NCBI GenBank assembly: GCA_963770935.1
Contig: CAVYRJ010000016.1
Coordinates: 1 to 64,000, forward strand
DNA: 64,000 nt
Direction of reading: 5' to 3'
DNA from: Candidatus Bathyarchaeota archaeon
Lineage (GTDB): Archaea; Thermoproteota; Bathyarchaeia; Bathyarchaeales; Bathycorpusculaceae
Below the pieces are notes generated by a model, which ran no database searches, had not been told where the DNA came from, and saw only the letters and a list, made by a program, of their open reading frames with translations. Every line of letters starts with the position of its first letter. Within the stretch, counting starts at the first letter, position 1. Below, piece after piece: positions 51,581 to 62,880 of the stretch. A program made the translations under genes and the position numbers.

Positions 51581-52546
51581 ATGACTAGCAACCACCCTAA
51601 CGACAACGGATTCGTCACAATCCGCAATCTAACAAAAAGCTATGGCACATTCCGCGCGTTAAATGATGTTTCTTTAAGCATAAAAGAAGGAGAAATCTTC
51701 GGTTACATAGGACCAAACGGCGCCGGGAAAACGACCACCATGAAAATCCTTGTGGGTTTAATCAGCGATTTCCACGGCGAAGTCTCCATCGGCGGATACC
51801 TAGTCACTAAACAGAAGGAAGAAATCCACAAACTGCTGGGTTATCTACCCCAAAGCGTCGCTTTCCAGGAATGGCGCACAGTGGATCAAGCACTGAAAAC
51901 ATTTGGGAAACTTTCAGGTCTAAGCGACACAAAGGTTGAAGACCGCATCCCCGAAATTCTGGACATGCTTGGTTTAGCCGATGCACGACATAAGAAAGTC
52001 TCACAATTGTCAGGCGGTATGATGCAGAAAGTTGGGTTGGCACAGGCGCTTTTGCATGAGCCCAAACTTTTGGTTTTAGATGAGCCGCTGGGTGGGTTGG
52101 ATCCATTGAGCCGTTTCCAGTTTAAGGAAATTGTTTTAAAACTCGGAAACAAAGGTACAACAATATTGTTTTCCTCGCATATTCTTAGCGATGTCCAAGA
52201 TGTTGCAGATAGAATCGGTATTATAAGCCATGGAAAAATCAAGCAGATCGGCACGTTAAACGAGTTGAAATCGCGGTTATCATCTCAAAAGACCGTTCAA
52301 ATCCTGCTTTCCTACGTCAGCGATAAGTGGCAAGAATTTAGCATAATCAAAAACGTGACAGGTGTGGAGCAGCCTTCGCCCGGCAGAATTCTGGTTCATC
52401 TTGAATCCCAAGCGGACGACGACCAAGTGGTTAACGACATCGTTCAAAGCATAGTCAAGTTGGGCATTCGTGTTCGTGGCATATCTTTGCTGGAACCTTC
52501 GCTTGATGAAATTTACCTTAACTATGTTTCGGAGGCTGACAACTGA
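51581..52546 (+). CDS. ABC-2 type transporter ATPase (CcmA-like)
   Basis: GPNGAGKTT, LSGGM, DEP, SSH, C-terminal PSLDEIY. Confidence 0.92.
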   Translation: MTSNHPNDNGFVTIRNLTKSYGTFRALNDVSLSIKEGEIFGYIGPNGAGKTTTMKILVGLISDFHGEVSIGGYLVTKQKEEIHKLLGYLPQSVAFQEWRTVDQALKTFGKLSGLSDTKVEDRIPEILDMLGLADARHKKVSQLSGGMMQKVGLAQALLHEPKLLVLDEPLGGLDPLSRFQFKEIVLKLGNKGTTILFSSHILSDVQDVADRIGIISHGKIKQIGTLNELKSRLSSQKTVQILLSYVSDKWQEFSIIKNVTGVEQPSPGRILVHLESQADDDQVVNDIVQSIVKLGIRVRGISLLEPSLDEIYLNYVSEADN

Positions 52547-53211
52547 TGCAACTGGGATTGCTCTTTGTTGATGAACTACGTGGATTCTACAAGTCTAAAG
52601 TGATGATTTTCCTATGGATAGGTTTACCCGTTATTGCGTTGCTGTTTCGCTTCATTTCCGCCGAAAGTTCAGGACAGACAATTCCCTTCACCCTTATTTC
52701 TGCGTTGGTTGTCTCCAGTATCGGTGGCACTTTAGCTTCAGTTATGCTTGCAGTTTTCATAATCAACGAGAAAAACAGGCATGTCTACGATCTCTTCTTA
52801 ATTCGACCGCTAAAACGAAGAGATATCTTACTTGCAAAATTCTTCTCCGTGTACACCTGCGTTGCAATAGCAGCCTTCTTCGCAGTTTTGGCAGGAATAG
52901 TAACAGATTACGCCACAACAGGTGCATTGCCAACTACAATATTGACTAATGCAGGAGAGTCTTTAGCAACAAGCCTCTCCATGATTGCTGTTGCATGTTC
53001 AGCTGGCGTGCTCATCGGAGTCGCTGCACCATCCGTTCTCGTCGGAGCCATACTGGTTATTTACGGCGGAAACCAGATTTCAGTGATTCCGCTGGTGCCA
53101 ACTTTGCTGAACTTACCAGATGCAACAGTCTTCACAATTGTTCTGGCAGGTGCTGTAGCTTTAGGATTACTTGTGGCTGCGATAGCTTTGTTTAACCGAA
53201 AACAGTTTTAA
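52546..53211 (+). CDS. ABC-2 type permease
   Basis: Multi-TM, EK...LFLIRPLKRRDILLAK; 1-nt overlap with the ATPase. Confidence 0.85.
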   Translation: MQLGLLFVDELRGFYKSKVMIFLWIGLPVIALLFRFISAESSGQTIPFTLISALVVSSIGGTLASVMLAVFIINEKNRHVYDLFLIRPLKRRDILLAKFFSVYTCVAIAAFFAVLAGIVTDYATTGALPTTILTNAGESLATSLSMIAVACSAGVLIGVAAPSVLVGAILVIYGGNQISVIPLVPTLLNLPDATVFTIVLAGAVALGLLVAAIALFNRKQF

Positions 53212-53289
53212 TAGACAAACCAAGGTAGAATGTTTTAAGAAAAAAGAAAAATATGAAAAAGAAACGGAAAAGATTGGATGACTGCTTGG

Positions 53290-55746
53290 TTATTTGCGTT
53301 TCAGCATGTTTTCCAGGATTGGCTTGAGTTTGGCGTTTTCGGCTTGAATTTTCTCTTTACCCAGCGCCTTCATGTCAGCATCTATTTCTTTGATGACTTC
53401 AGAGTAGTGTATACCTTCTGCAGCTGAAACGTATTCAACTCGGAACCGCTCGGGGCTCATACCAAGCTTTGTAAGCATGCCTTTGAGTGCGTCGGTTCGG
53501 GCTTTCATCTTGTAGTTTCCGTTGATGTAGTGACAGTCGTAGGGTAAGTGGCATGCGCCAACCAAAACCATGCCAGCGCCAAGTCTCAGGGCTTCAAGAA
53601 CGAATTCTCTGGCTACTCTTCCACTGCACATGACGCGGATTGCTCTTACGCTGGCTGGGTAGTCACAGCGGCTGATGCCTGCAAGGTCTGCACCTGCATA
53701 ACTGCACCAGTTGCAAAGGATAGCAAGAATTTTTTCTTCAGGCTTCTCTTGGAGTGCTGCTCTGACTTGAGCCATGATTTGTGCGTCTGTGAAATGCATC
53801 TGGGTAATGGCGTGCTGGGGACATTCGGCAACGCATGTTCCGCAACCATGGCAGCTGGCGGTTATTATTTGCGCGGGTTGACCGGTTTCTTGTCTGATTG
53901 CGCCGTATGGACATTTGTCAACGCATATACCGCATTTTTTGCATTTTGCTTCGTCAACGATTGAGATTATTGGTTCTATCTTCCACTTTGGGTTTGCTGA
54001 TGACGGTTGCTGCTCGCGACGCCGCGCCGCTTCCTTGGGAAACACTGGCGGGAATATCCTTTAAACCTGCACATGCACCAGCGTAGAAGACACCGTCGGT
54101 GGGTGCGTCCATGGGTTTGAGTTTTGGGTGTGCTTCCATAAAGAAGCCGTCTGAACCCCGGGAGAGGTTAAGTATGCGTGCGATTTCTTCGGAGCCTTTT
54201 TTGGGTATGGCTGCAGTTGCAAGTACAACCATGTCGGCGTCCACTTCGATGGGCATTGGCCAAGCAGTGAATCCTCTGAGTGAACTGTTAAATTATGGGT
54301 TTTTGGGTCTTCATCGATGCGGCTTACTCGTCCACGGATAAAGTTTACACCTCTTTCCCGTGCACGATCATAGAATTCCTCGTAGCCTTTACCTGGGCTG
54401 CGTATGTCCATGTAGAAAACGTAGACTTCTATGTCTTCCTTATACTTCTCTTTAAGCTGAACCACATGCTTTAGCGTGTACATGCAACCGAAATTACAGC
54501 AATACGGGTAGTGGGTTTTGTCTCGGCTGCCGACGCATTGGATGAAAACGATTCTGTGTGGTTTTTGTCCGTCGGATTGGCGGATGACTTTGCCGCCTGT
54601 GGGACCAGCAGCCAGAATTAGTCGTTCGAACTCCATGCTTGTGATGACGTTGGGGTATTTCCCGTAGCCAAGCAGAGGCATATCGTATGGCAAGTAAACG
54701 TCAAAGCCCGTGGAAACAATGATTGCGCCAACATCAAAATCCACTTCTTCGGGTTTCTGGTTGAAGTCGATGGCTTGGCGTTCACCGCAAACCTCGGTGC
54801 ATTTGAAGCATTCAATACAGTAATCCTTGTTGATAGAGTAAATCAGCGGAACTGTTTGGTCGAAGGGCACTGATATGGCTTTGCGTGTACCCAGGTTCAT
54901 GTCCCATTCATTTGGGTACTCGATTGGGCAAGCCTCTTTGCATTCGCCGCAGCCCGTACATTTGTCTGTCAGGACGTAGCGTGGGTTTTTGCGGATTTTC
55001 ACCTTAAAGTTGCCGATGTAACCGTCAACTTTAACCAGTTCTGAGTTAGCGAAGATAGTGATGTTTGGGTGGCGTGCGCAATCCACCATTTTTGGTCCCT
55101 CAATACAAATGCTACAGTCCAAAGTTGGGAAGGTTTTGTCCAGCGCCGCCATGTGTCCGCCGATGCTCTGGGTGTTTTCAAGCATGTAGACTTTGTAGCC
55201 CATTTCAGCCAGATCCAAGGCTGCGTTCATGCCTGCGATTCCGCCGCCGATGATTAGCGCTTTGTTTGTGACTGGAACCTCAATTGTTTGAAGAGGCTGC
55301 ATTAGGCGTACTTTTGCAACTGCCATACGCACGCTGTCTTTGGCGCGTTCAGTTGCGGCGGCTGGATCACTTTGGTGGCACCAAGAAGCGAATTCACGGA
55401 TGTTTGCCATTTCATAAAGGAAAGGGTTTAAACCTGCTTCAGAAACCGTTCGCCTGAAAGTGGGTTCATGCATTCTGGGTGAGCATGCGGCGATGACAAC
55501 CCGGTTTAGTTTTTGTTCACGTATGGCTTTGCGGATTTCTTCCTGTCCAGGGTCCGCGCATGTGTAGCGGTTTTCTTTAACAAAAACCACGTCTGGAATG
55601 GTTTTGGCATATTCAGCTACCGCTTTAACGTCTACGGTGCCTGCGATGTTTAAACCGCAGTGGCAGACGAAAACTCCGACTCGCAATTCTTCTGGTTTGC
55701 AAGCGGATATTTCAGGTTGTTTTGGTGATGCTTGTGAGTTGCTCAT
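53290..55746 (-). CDS. hdrA: Heterodisulfide reductase subunit A fused to an MvhD-like [2Fe-2S] domain (frameshifts near 54258 and 53990)
   Basis: VCHCG.NI, ACSP..HE, GGGIAG, DKTFPTLDC, QCVGSRD, HPKLKP; C-terminal CNWCSY, RVMCSGRV, CHY. Confidence 0.92.
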
Positions 55747-56705
55747 TGGAAATTCTCCGTTTTCATTGCTTCAGCTTGGAATCTTTTTTCAACGACTTGG
55801 CGTCTATTCTGGGCAGCTTGAGCTTTTAGCTCCTTTGCCGCATCCGCAGGACTTGTTATACGCTCCAACGCCTTGTTCCATGTACCCGAATGAATAGGTG
55901 TATGAAGAACCTTGGTGCGCTTAACACATAATGCTTCGTCTATTGGACAAACGTTTTTGCATGCACCACAGTAAGTGCACAATCGCTCGTCAACATGGAC
56001 TTTTTTGTCTTCGCCAAGAACAAGCGCTCCTTGGATGGGACAAATGTCTAAGCAGTCGGTGCAGCCTTCAGGACATTTCTCTTGGTTTATAGCAATTTTT
56101 CCTTCGAAGGCTTTTTTGACTTTAATTGCGCCTGGAGCGCATTTGACTTCGCAGGCTTTACAAGTTGGGCAGTAATTTTTTTGGATGTCGAGACTGATTT
56201 GAACCCGTTTTTTCTCGTTTGGCGAAAGAGCCTGAAAATCTTGGATTGGTTTGCCGTCAAAACCAACTTTTGAGACTCTTATCAGTGAGAGCGGACATGC
56301 ATTTTCGCATTCGACACATTCCTTTTCGCATTTGCGGGTATCTACAGCTATGTCACGGACCAGCTGTGGATAGCTGTCTTTTTCTAGGATAGACAGGTCA
56401 TGTGCGTCGTTTAAGGTTACTTTGATAGCGCCATATGGACAGGTGACGTCGCAGATTCCGCAGAAGTTGCATTTTGCCAAGTCAACGTCAACCTTAGCTT
56501 TTTTTGCTTTTTCCCCTTGAAGTTTGGGCTGTTTTTGTGTTCTTATGGCTTCTTTAGGACAAGCTAGGGTGCATACTTGGCAACCTACACAGCGGTTCTT
56601 ATCAAGAGTTAATTTGTAATTCTTAACTTGTAAAATCCATTCTAACGTTAGAGCGTCTGCCGCATCTTTTTTTACAGTTTTTAACGGCATTATTTTATTC
56701 ACCAA
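55743..56705 (-). CDS. Polyferredoxin (FwdF/MvhB-like)
   Basis: About six CxxCxxCxxxC(P)-type cluster motifs; 4-nt overlap with hdrA. Confidence 0.88.
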   Translation of the reverse strand: MVNKIMPLKTVKKDAADALTLEWILQVKNYKLTLDKNRCVGCQVCTLACPKEAIRTQKQPKLQGEKAKKAKVDVDLAKCNFCGICDVTCPYGAIKVTLNDAHDLSILEKDSYPQLVRDIAVDTRKCEKECVECENACPLSLIRVSKVGFDGKPIQDFQALSPNEKKRVQISLDIQKNYCPTCKACEVKCAPGAIKVKKAFEGKIAINQEKCPEGCTDCLDICPIQGALVLGEDKKVHVDERLCTYCGACKNVCPIDEALCVKRTKVLHTPIHSGTWNKALERITSPADAAKELKAQAAQNRRQVVEKRFQAEAMKTENFQ

Positions 56706-56978
56706 GTGTATTTTAACGCGTGGAAATTGTCCTAAGCCTGATAGCTGATCAGAGTATTTGAATGAAGTTGTTTTGATATAAATATTGCTTGAAAAAACCC
56801 TGCTTATTTCAGTGACAAAAACAAACCAAGCTGTAACAGCAAACTATTTCTTAAGGTGAATCCCCGCTGATATAAAGAGTCAGTGACTATTGAACTTTGA
56901 TAGCTGAATAAACAACAGATATTCGATTGTTAATTAGTCAGAAAATAAAAATGGGGGAAGGTTAATTGGCGGTTGCTG

Positions 56979-59519
56979 CTATGGCCGTTTTCGAAGCATA
57001 ATTACTACTAATACGCCGACTAAGATTATCGCTACAAACAAACCGGCGGCAACTGGAACAAAATACGTGTCCGCAATGGATGCAGTCATCTGTGTAGGCT
57101 CAGCAGTAGGTTCTGGACCAGCGTTAACAGTGAAAGCGCTAACAGCATGAGAGGGCCAATATGATTCGGAACCGTCAAACACAGCTGTAACCGTGTACTT
57201 ACCCGGAATATCAGGAGCCCAGTCAAAGCTAAAGAATCCATCTGCATTAGTAGTGGTCTTACCGATCTCTCTATAATTGTTGTTCGCATCAAGTACAAAT
57301 AAGGATACGTCAACACCAACAACATCTGAAGGACGAGGCTTCTGCATATACACATGCTCCATCCACGCACTCATACTCTCGTCAGAAACTGCGGGAACAC
57401 CGTTTGGAAAACGAGCGGCCTGCTCTTTCTGTCTTGTGCCAGCTGCGATGTCAGTCACTGTGCCTCTGATAACTATTGGTTTGCCCAGCTCGTTGGAAGT
57501 CATCGGGGCTTCTACAGTAGTAGCACTTGGACCCTTGCCGATACCGTATATTTGCATGTCGTATAAGTTGAGGAATGTTAAGATGCCATCTGCAACAGCG
57601 CATGCTGCTCCCGCTGCCTGAAATCCGCTCATCCAGCCCATCATAGTCCATATTTCCTCGCCTGTGGTAGCGTTAATAGCGCGTACTTTTGCACCCTTGT
57701 ATGGTGGTGCGTTGGGAGAGTGCTCGCTTGTGAATGCGTAGACTTTTCCGTCAGCAATAGCGGCCATTCCAATGGGCCAATTAGGCCAAACTGCTGCTAA
57801 ACCAACCGCGGTATTGTTATAAGACCATAGTAGGTTTCCAGTTGTCATAGAATAGCATCGGACTATTCCACCGTAGCTAGCTGTGTAAAGATTGCCGTAA
57901 GCTTCCATGACTTCATTTGCCCCGAACTTTTGATAATAGTCTAATGGAGATTCAGAAGGAGTTGGTCCCCACACTTGGCTGCCGTCGTCGATGCTGATGC
58001 CCCAGTACCGCATGGTCTCTCTTTCATATATTGCCAGGACGCGTGCCGTTGGACTCACTGGTCCCATCAGTATGCTAGTGTTTCCAACTGGAGCTGGATA
58101 GTTTTTGATCCATAACAGTTGACCTCTTGAAGTTGGCTTATCACTTATCGCCCATAGCGTGTAAGGATCTGGAGTCCCAAAAGCCGGAGACATACCCGAA
58201 AATGTCGAGCTTCTGCCAACTATTATATCATTTGGGATGACTTTGATTATGGCTGGAGCCGCTGATCCCGGCAATGCAGGTATTGTAACGTTCCACGAAT
58301 AAGCAGTACTCGCATTGATAGATTTGCCTACAGGTCTCCATTGCCAACCACTGGTTCCAGTTGGTCCTGCCAGTTCTGAAGGTGATGCAGTATTGTTCCA
58401 CAACGCCAACCACCCAGACCCCGCCATTGCATTGTAGCTTAGCACATAACGTAGTATCTCTCCCTGTGAACCGTATACGGCGGTACCCGAAGGAACGCTT
58501 GTCATGCCAAACAACCAATCTCCAGTCAGAGGATCATATGCATCGCTCATGCTGCTTGTCCATAAGTAGCCGTTAGGGATGACACCGTGTTGGTTGGGTG
58601 ACTCGTAGTCAAAGAGTTGACCGAATCCAGGTTGGGTCATATTTTGCCAATATAGGGTTTCTCCAGTATGTAGATCTATACAGTTGTATCCTCCGCCTGC
58701 GGCGTTATTACTTTTTGGCAGGTTGTAGTAGAGTCTTCCGTACATGATTAGTGGATTAGTGAATCTGCCTTCGTATGACAATCCTGAGTAGTAGGTTACG
58801 CTTGGGGTACTGTAGTCTCCTCCAACAACGCCTCCGAATTGAAACGGCTTTGTCCATATTATGTGTGGGCTGTTAGGCGCTGTGCCATCAGGTTGGAGTT
58901 TCCCGACAATTTGGGGGCTCCCCAGCCAGTTTGATGCAATGTTTGCCCATTCGGTGTTCTGTCCTTCTATTGGACGGGTCCAGTAGTCGGTTGGAAGCGG
59001 ATAGCTTTGGGGCTCAGGCAGTGGTTCTTGCTGTACAGTAAGTGTTGCCATTGCGCTGCTGGCTAGAAAAGTATCGTTGACGTAGACGCTGTCGGTGCCA
59101 ATTAGTCCTGTGGGGCCAGCTAGGGTTGCTACTTGTTCTGGAAATGTGAACTCAAAAGAGTACGTGCCAACTGCGGTAGGCGTGTAGGTAGCAAAGCCTC
59201 CACCTATTGGATCGGACGTAAATGTTCCCAACGTAGATTTGGATCCGTCAGGTTTTGTAACCTCTACTTTAAGGTTATCCCATCTGTCACCGAGAGCGCC
59301 GTTACCGCTTGGCGGCATCTTGTCGATCCAAAAGATGACATACACGTTTTGTCCAACACCTACAGGATTTGGTGAGACAACAATATAGGAAAATGTTGGA
59401 ATCTTCCATGCTGGAACATGTGCGTTAGCGTTTGGCAAAGCAAAGATCGTAACGGAAATTGTTAGCACCAGAAACAAAGCAAATGCAGTAGCTTTAGTTT
59501 TGTTTTTAGAGTTTTTCAT
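56979..59519 (-). CDS. Secreted PQQ-binding-like beta-propeller protein with TM anchor (paralog of 6017..8602)
   Basis: Shares YWxRPI, YESPNQHG, WQWRP, EHS, EQAARFPxGVPAVSD, WMExVYMQ. Confidence 0.88.
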   Translation of the reverse strand: MKNSKNKTKATAFALFLVLTISVTIFALPNANAHVPAWKIPTFSYIVVSPNPVGVGQNVYVIFWIDKMPPSGNGALGDRWDNLKVEVTKPDGSKSTLGTFTSDPIGGGFATYTPTAVGTYSFEFTFPEQVATLAGPTGLIGTDSVYVNDTFLASSAMATLTVQQEPLPEPQSYPLPTDYWTRPIEGQNTEWANIASNWLGSPQIVGKLQPDGTAPNSPHIIWTKPFQFGGVVGGDYSTPSVTYYSGLSYEGRFTNPLIMYGRLYYNLPKSNNAAGGGYNCIDLHTGETLYWQNMTQPGFGQLFDYESPNQHGVIPNGYLWTSSMSDAYDPLTGDWLFGMTSVPSGTAVYGSQGEILRYVLSYNAMAGSGWLALWNNTASPSELAGPTGTSGWQWRPVGKSINASTAYSWNVTIPALPGSAAPAIIKVIPNDIIVGRSSTFSGMSPAFGTPDPYTLWAISDKPTSRGQLLWIKNYPAPVGNTSILMGPVSPTARVLAIYERETMRYWGISIDDGSQVWGPTPSESPLDYYQKFGANEVMEAYGNLYTASYGGIVRCYSMTTGNLLWSYNNTAVGLAAVWPNWPIGMAAIADGKVYAFTSEHSPNAPPYKGAKVRAINATTGEEIWTMMGWMSGFQAAGAACAVADGILTFLNLYDMQIYGIGKGPSATTVEAPMTSNELGKPIVIRGTVTDIAAGTRQKEQAARFPNGVPAVSDESMSAWMEHVYMQKPRPSDVVGVDVSLFVLDANNNYREIGKTTTNADGFFSFDWAPDIPGKYTVTAVFDGSESYWPSHAVSAFTVNAGPEPTAEPTQMTASIADTYFVPVAAGLFVAIILVGVLVVIMLRKRP

Positions 59520-59779
59520 TTTCTTTTCTTCCTTTCTTTGCTGTTCTTACGTGAATAACGCAAGAACGCTATCTGCTAAATGTGACTACTGTTCCTATAA
59601 GACTTTCGAAAAGGGTAGTTTAGCGGATAATATCCAAATAGCCTTTTATAGAGCTTGCCGCGGCGACATAGTATTCCGTTTCCTTTTTAAGGAATCTGGC
59701 AATCAAATCACTGGCTAGCGAGCCTTATTTGAAAAACAAATTTCCGGTAATATTCTGCTCACCACTATTGAAGTTTGCC

Positions 59780-60457
59780 TTAGTTGGTTGCGATTCTTTG
59801 GTTTAAGGCTTTTTTCTTGAACATGGCAGATAGCGTTTTTACAATCGCGATGCTGAAGAGCACAAGATAAAACAGATGTGCCAAAGCTAAGAGTGGAACC
59901 GTGAGGAGTAATGAGTTGCTAAATGGGTAACCGATTGTGCTTGGTAGCAAAACTGTGGCTATTGGAATTATCAGAATCAAGTTTGTTTTGCTGCTTGTGA
60001 AAAAGGCTTTCCAGTCTCTTGTTTTGTACAGGACAAGGGTTGCTACAGAAAACAAGGTTAGTTCAAGAGCTATGTTTACTGGGCTGAAGATGCTTAGGAA
60101 GTAGGGAAATCCCGCCTCATGCAATCCAAACTGCCCAGTTGAAAGCGGCCAAAATAACTGAAGTTTTCCGCCTATCAAGAAGTCTCCCATCAACGGATGG
60201 GAAATCAACGCTAAAAAGTATGGGATTGCCTTTTTACGGTAGATAATGAAGATTGGAATGAAAGCCAGTGTTAAAACCACAATTGAATGTGTTGGTCCCC
60301 TATGCATTTCTGAACCAGTCAAAAAATCAAAGATGATATCTATGTCAGGCAAAATAGAGAGAACCAGCACTATTGGTATGTTTAGTTTTATGAGTAGCGC
60401 CCTAGAGGAGCCTTTCCCTAAGAGGTAAGCAATTGCCATGTGTCCGACAGCAAACAC
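59780..60457 (-). CDS. Membrane-bound metal-dependent hydrolase (YdjM family)
   Basis: GH, LPDID, HRGPTHS, SHPLMGD, LFWP. Confidence 0.88.
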   Translation of the reverse strand: MFAVGHMAIAYLLGKGSSRALLIKLNIPIVLVLSILPDIDIIFDFLTGSEMHRGPTHSIVVLTLAFIPIFIIYRKKAIPYFLALISHPLMGDFLIGGKLQLFWPLSTGQFGLHEAGFPYFLSIFSPVNIALELTLFSVATLVLYKTRDWKAFFTSSKTNLILIIPIATVLLPSTIGYPFSNSLLLTVPLLALAHLFYLVLFSIAIVKTLSAMFKKKALNQRIATN

Positions 60458-60640
60458 GCAGATTTCCTCCTTTTGACTCAGACAGTTCTGTTTGCTTGGC
60501 TATTAAGCATATAGGTTAGGTTAATTTTTTAGGAGAATGCTAACGGCAACTAAGGGCTGGCAGGATAACACATAATTTTTCATGCGGAATAATTGTTAAA
60601 TAACCCTATACTTAAGAAGTGAATACACAAGGGTAGTATA

Positions 60641-61093
60641 TTGGCAGTTGCTGAAGATTCAAATAAAGAATTCGGTTCTAAAGATTACAAGGCAAGAGTT
60701 GCAGCCCAAAAGCAATTAATTGAAGAGCTTAAGGCGCAGTGGAAGCTTTTGTGGAGTGAACGCTTTGATGATAGGGTTCGAGCTGAGGGAGTGTCAGTTA
60801 ACGATTACGCAATTTTAGACGTGGAGAAGGGAACAATCATTCACGCAACCAAGGATTTTAAGATCCTAAACCTCAAGCAAATTTTGGAAAAGTACAAAAT
60901 TGAAAACCCAGACCGCTACGTTCAGCCAGACGTCAACGTTGGCGGCTGGAATAAGTTCATAAAAACAGAAATAACCAACAAATCCGCAAGGGGATCTCGT
61001 GCCGCTGCATATCTTGCTAATAGTGTTCCCGCAAAAAAGGGATCTAGACGGCAACCTAAGAAAGGTGGACGTGGTTGGCTTCATGTCACTTAA
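60641..61093 (+). CDS. Hypothetical basic protein
   Basis: 150-aa ORF with a Lys/Arg-rich tail (KKGGRGWLH). Confidence 0.65.
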   Translation: MAVAEDSNKEFGSKDYKARVAAQKQLIEELKAQWKLLWSERFDDRVRAEGVSVNDYAILDVEKGTIIHATKDFKILNLKQILEKYKIENPDRYVQPDVNVGGWNKFIKTEITNKSARGSRAAAYLANSVPAKKGSRRQPKKGGRGWLHVT

Positions 61094-61521
61094 CAAAATT
61101 AGTTTTCGCTTAAAGCTCGTTATTTTAAGTTAGACACAGGATGAGGTAGGTACCGAAGGCATTTTTTTCCTGCTTTGCTGTGTGGCACAAGTTTTAATTC
61201 ATATCAAAATGACTTTGTTTCAAGATGAAATAGCGTTCATGGAAGCGCAAGACGGTTGATAGAGAATAACTAATTATGGGGCTAAAAGACAAACTCTTTG
61301 ATGATAGAGATTTTGAATGTTTCTTGTTGTACAGCGCATATACTGCAAGCTTTGAGGCTTTACTCGCAAAAAAGATTAAGTTGCAGATACATTTTTGTAT
61401 TAATTTTGTGAATTTTGATGTATTGCTGCATATCTGTTGATATAGGTCACCATTGAGAATGAATAACTGAATGGTTCACTATATCTTTTTGAGGAAAGAT
61501 CAATTAGGAAGCGGATGAGCC

Positions 61522-61860
61522 ATGGTTAAGAAAGAAGTTTTACTATGTGCTGCAATTATTTTGATGGGAACTCTGGATTGGCTGATAACTTTGGTGGGGA
61601 TAGTGTTTTTTGGGGCAACAGAAACCAATCCTCTGCTTGCCAGCTTGACTCAATCAAATATGTTTCTATTCAGCGGTGTTAAACTAACAGCGATAACGCT
61701 GACTGGACTATTATTCTATAGAGCCGAAACCAAAACCAACTGCACCAGCCAAATTTCGCCTTTTGCAAAAAAATTTCTAAATTCAGGGTACATCATATCC
61801 CTCTTTACGCTAATGGCTGTTGTATTAAACAATTTTGTTGCTATCGTTAAAGTGGCGTAA
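61522..61860 (+). CDS. DUF5658-like membrane protein
   Basis: LDWLIT...ETNPL...K motif, 3 TM. Confidence 0.75.
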   Translation: MVKKEVLLCAAIILMGTLDWLITLVGIVFFGATETNPLLASLTQSNMFLFSGVKLTAITLTGLLFYRAETKTNCTSQISPFAKKFLNSGYIISLFTLMAVVLNNFVAIVKVA

Positions 61861-61915
61861 ATACTGGTTGCTGAAAAAAGATTTGATGTAGAATAGAGGC
61901 AAAAAAAGTTGGGAT

Positions 61916-62374
61916 TTAGTTAGTGCCGGTGATGTTAATTTGGACGCTAAAGTTTGTGACGTCAGCTATGGTTGGAGATACCGAAAGAGTGAAGGTTGCT
62001 GCAACTGATTGTCCTGGTTGAAGTCTTGCTCCTTCTTGGCTCCATGTCAGGGTTATAGGTTCTTCTGCTCCTGCAGGAGTCCAGTTACTTGTTTCCATGC
62101 TTAGAGTAAGAGCAAGGCCACTGCCAGTGTTTTTTACATAGATTGTTCGAGTGATGTTTCCTCCTGCTGTTAAGGTTCCCCAATTTATGGAACTCAAAGA
62201 AGTAGTGCAAGCACTGTTTGAAAATACACCCAGATTTGCAGATGTGGTTACTTGTCCGCTAGATGATAGGCTTTGGCTTGTGGTTATGGCTGCAAAGGTT
62301 GTGAATGTTAGAGCGACTGCAATTAAAACTAAAATTATTACTGATGCTGTTACAGAGAGTTTTATTTTTGGCAT
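61916..62374 (-). CDS. Secreted Ser/Thr-rich Ig-like protein (fibre-subunit-like)
   Basis: N-terminal hydrophobic helix; INWG.L..G and YVKNTG motifs. Confidence 0.7.
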   Translation of the reverse strand: MPKIKLSVTASVIILVLIAVALTFTTFAAITTSQSLSSSGQVTTSANLGVFSNSACTTSLSSINWGTLTAGGNITRTIYVKNTGSGLALTLSMETSNWTPAGAEEPITLTWSQEGARLQPGQSVAATFTLSVSPTIADVTNFSVQINITGTN

Positions 62375-62880
62375 ATTTTGTCCCCCGTAAATACCACGTG
62401 TATCTTAAGTCTTAATAAATATTATTATCGTGTGTTTGCACTGTGCACTTGAACAACACGCCTACATAATTCAGCTATTTCCCATAAAACCACTCACAAG
62501 TTGAACGGCATGCATCAACCACAATATCAATATTGGATTGTCTTTCGTTCCCTTATTTTTGAATGAAAAAGTTCGGACAGTCCTCAAAATCGGATATAAA
62601 CCAAAAATTTCCAATTACAGTCGCAACTAGCAATTAATAAACAACTCAAAAAACACTAAAAAGAAATACCGTTTGGCCTACAAAAGTTGACTCTTTAAGG
62701 TTCTGCCAGAAGCAACCAAAACAGGCTTGACTTCGAAGTCAGTCTGTTGAAAAACAGCAAAAAAAGTTATCAAAACTGATGTATTGCAGTTTTTGACATG
62801 TTGTTTTTTTCGCAACGTTGCTTTTATAGCGTGTAACAACATTTACGATTAACGATTAAAGAAAGGATGAGGTTAAGGAT

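Noticed and set aside
53290-55746. Selenocysteine recoding in HdrA/MvhD
   Set aside because: The usual Sec positions are Cys (DCSIC, CHY), and the breaks are frameshifts rather than in-frame TGA
1230-59375. Many short ORFs antisense or out of frame within long genes (e.g. 9186..9458, 27995..28243, 43887..44279)
   Set aside because: Shadow ORFs of well-supported genes, with no motifs or start signals
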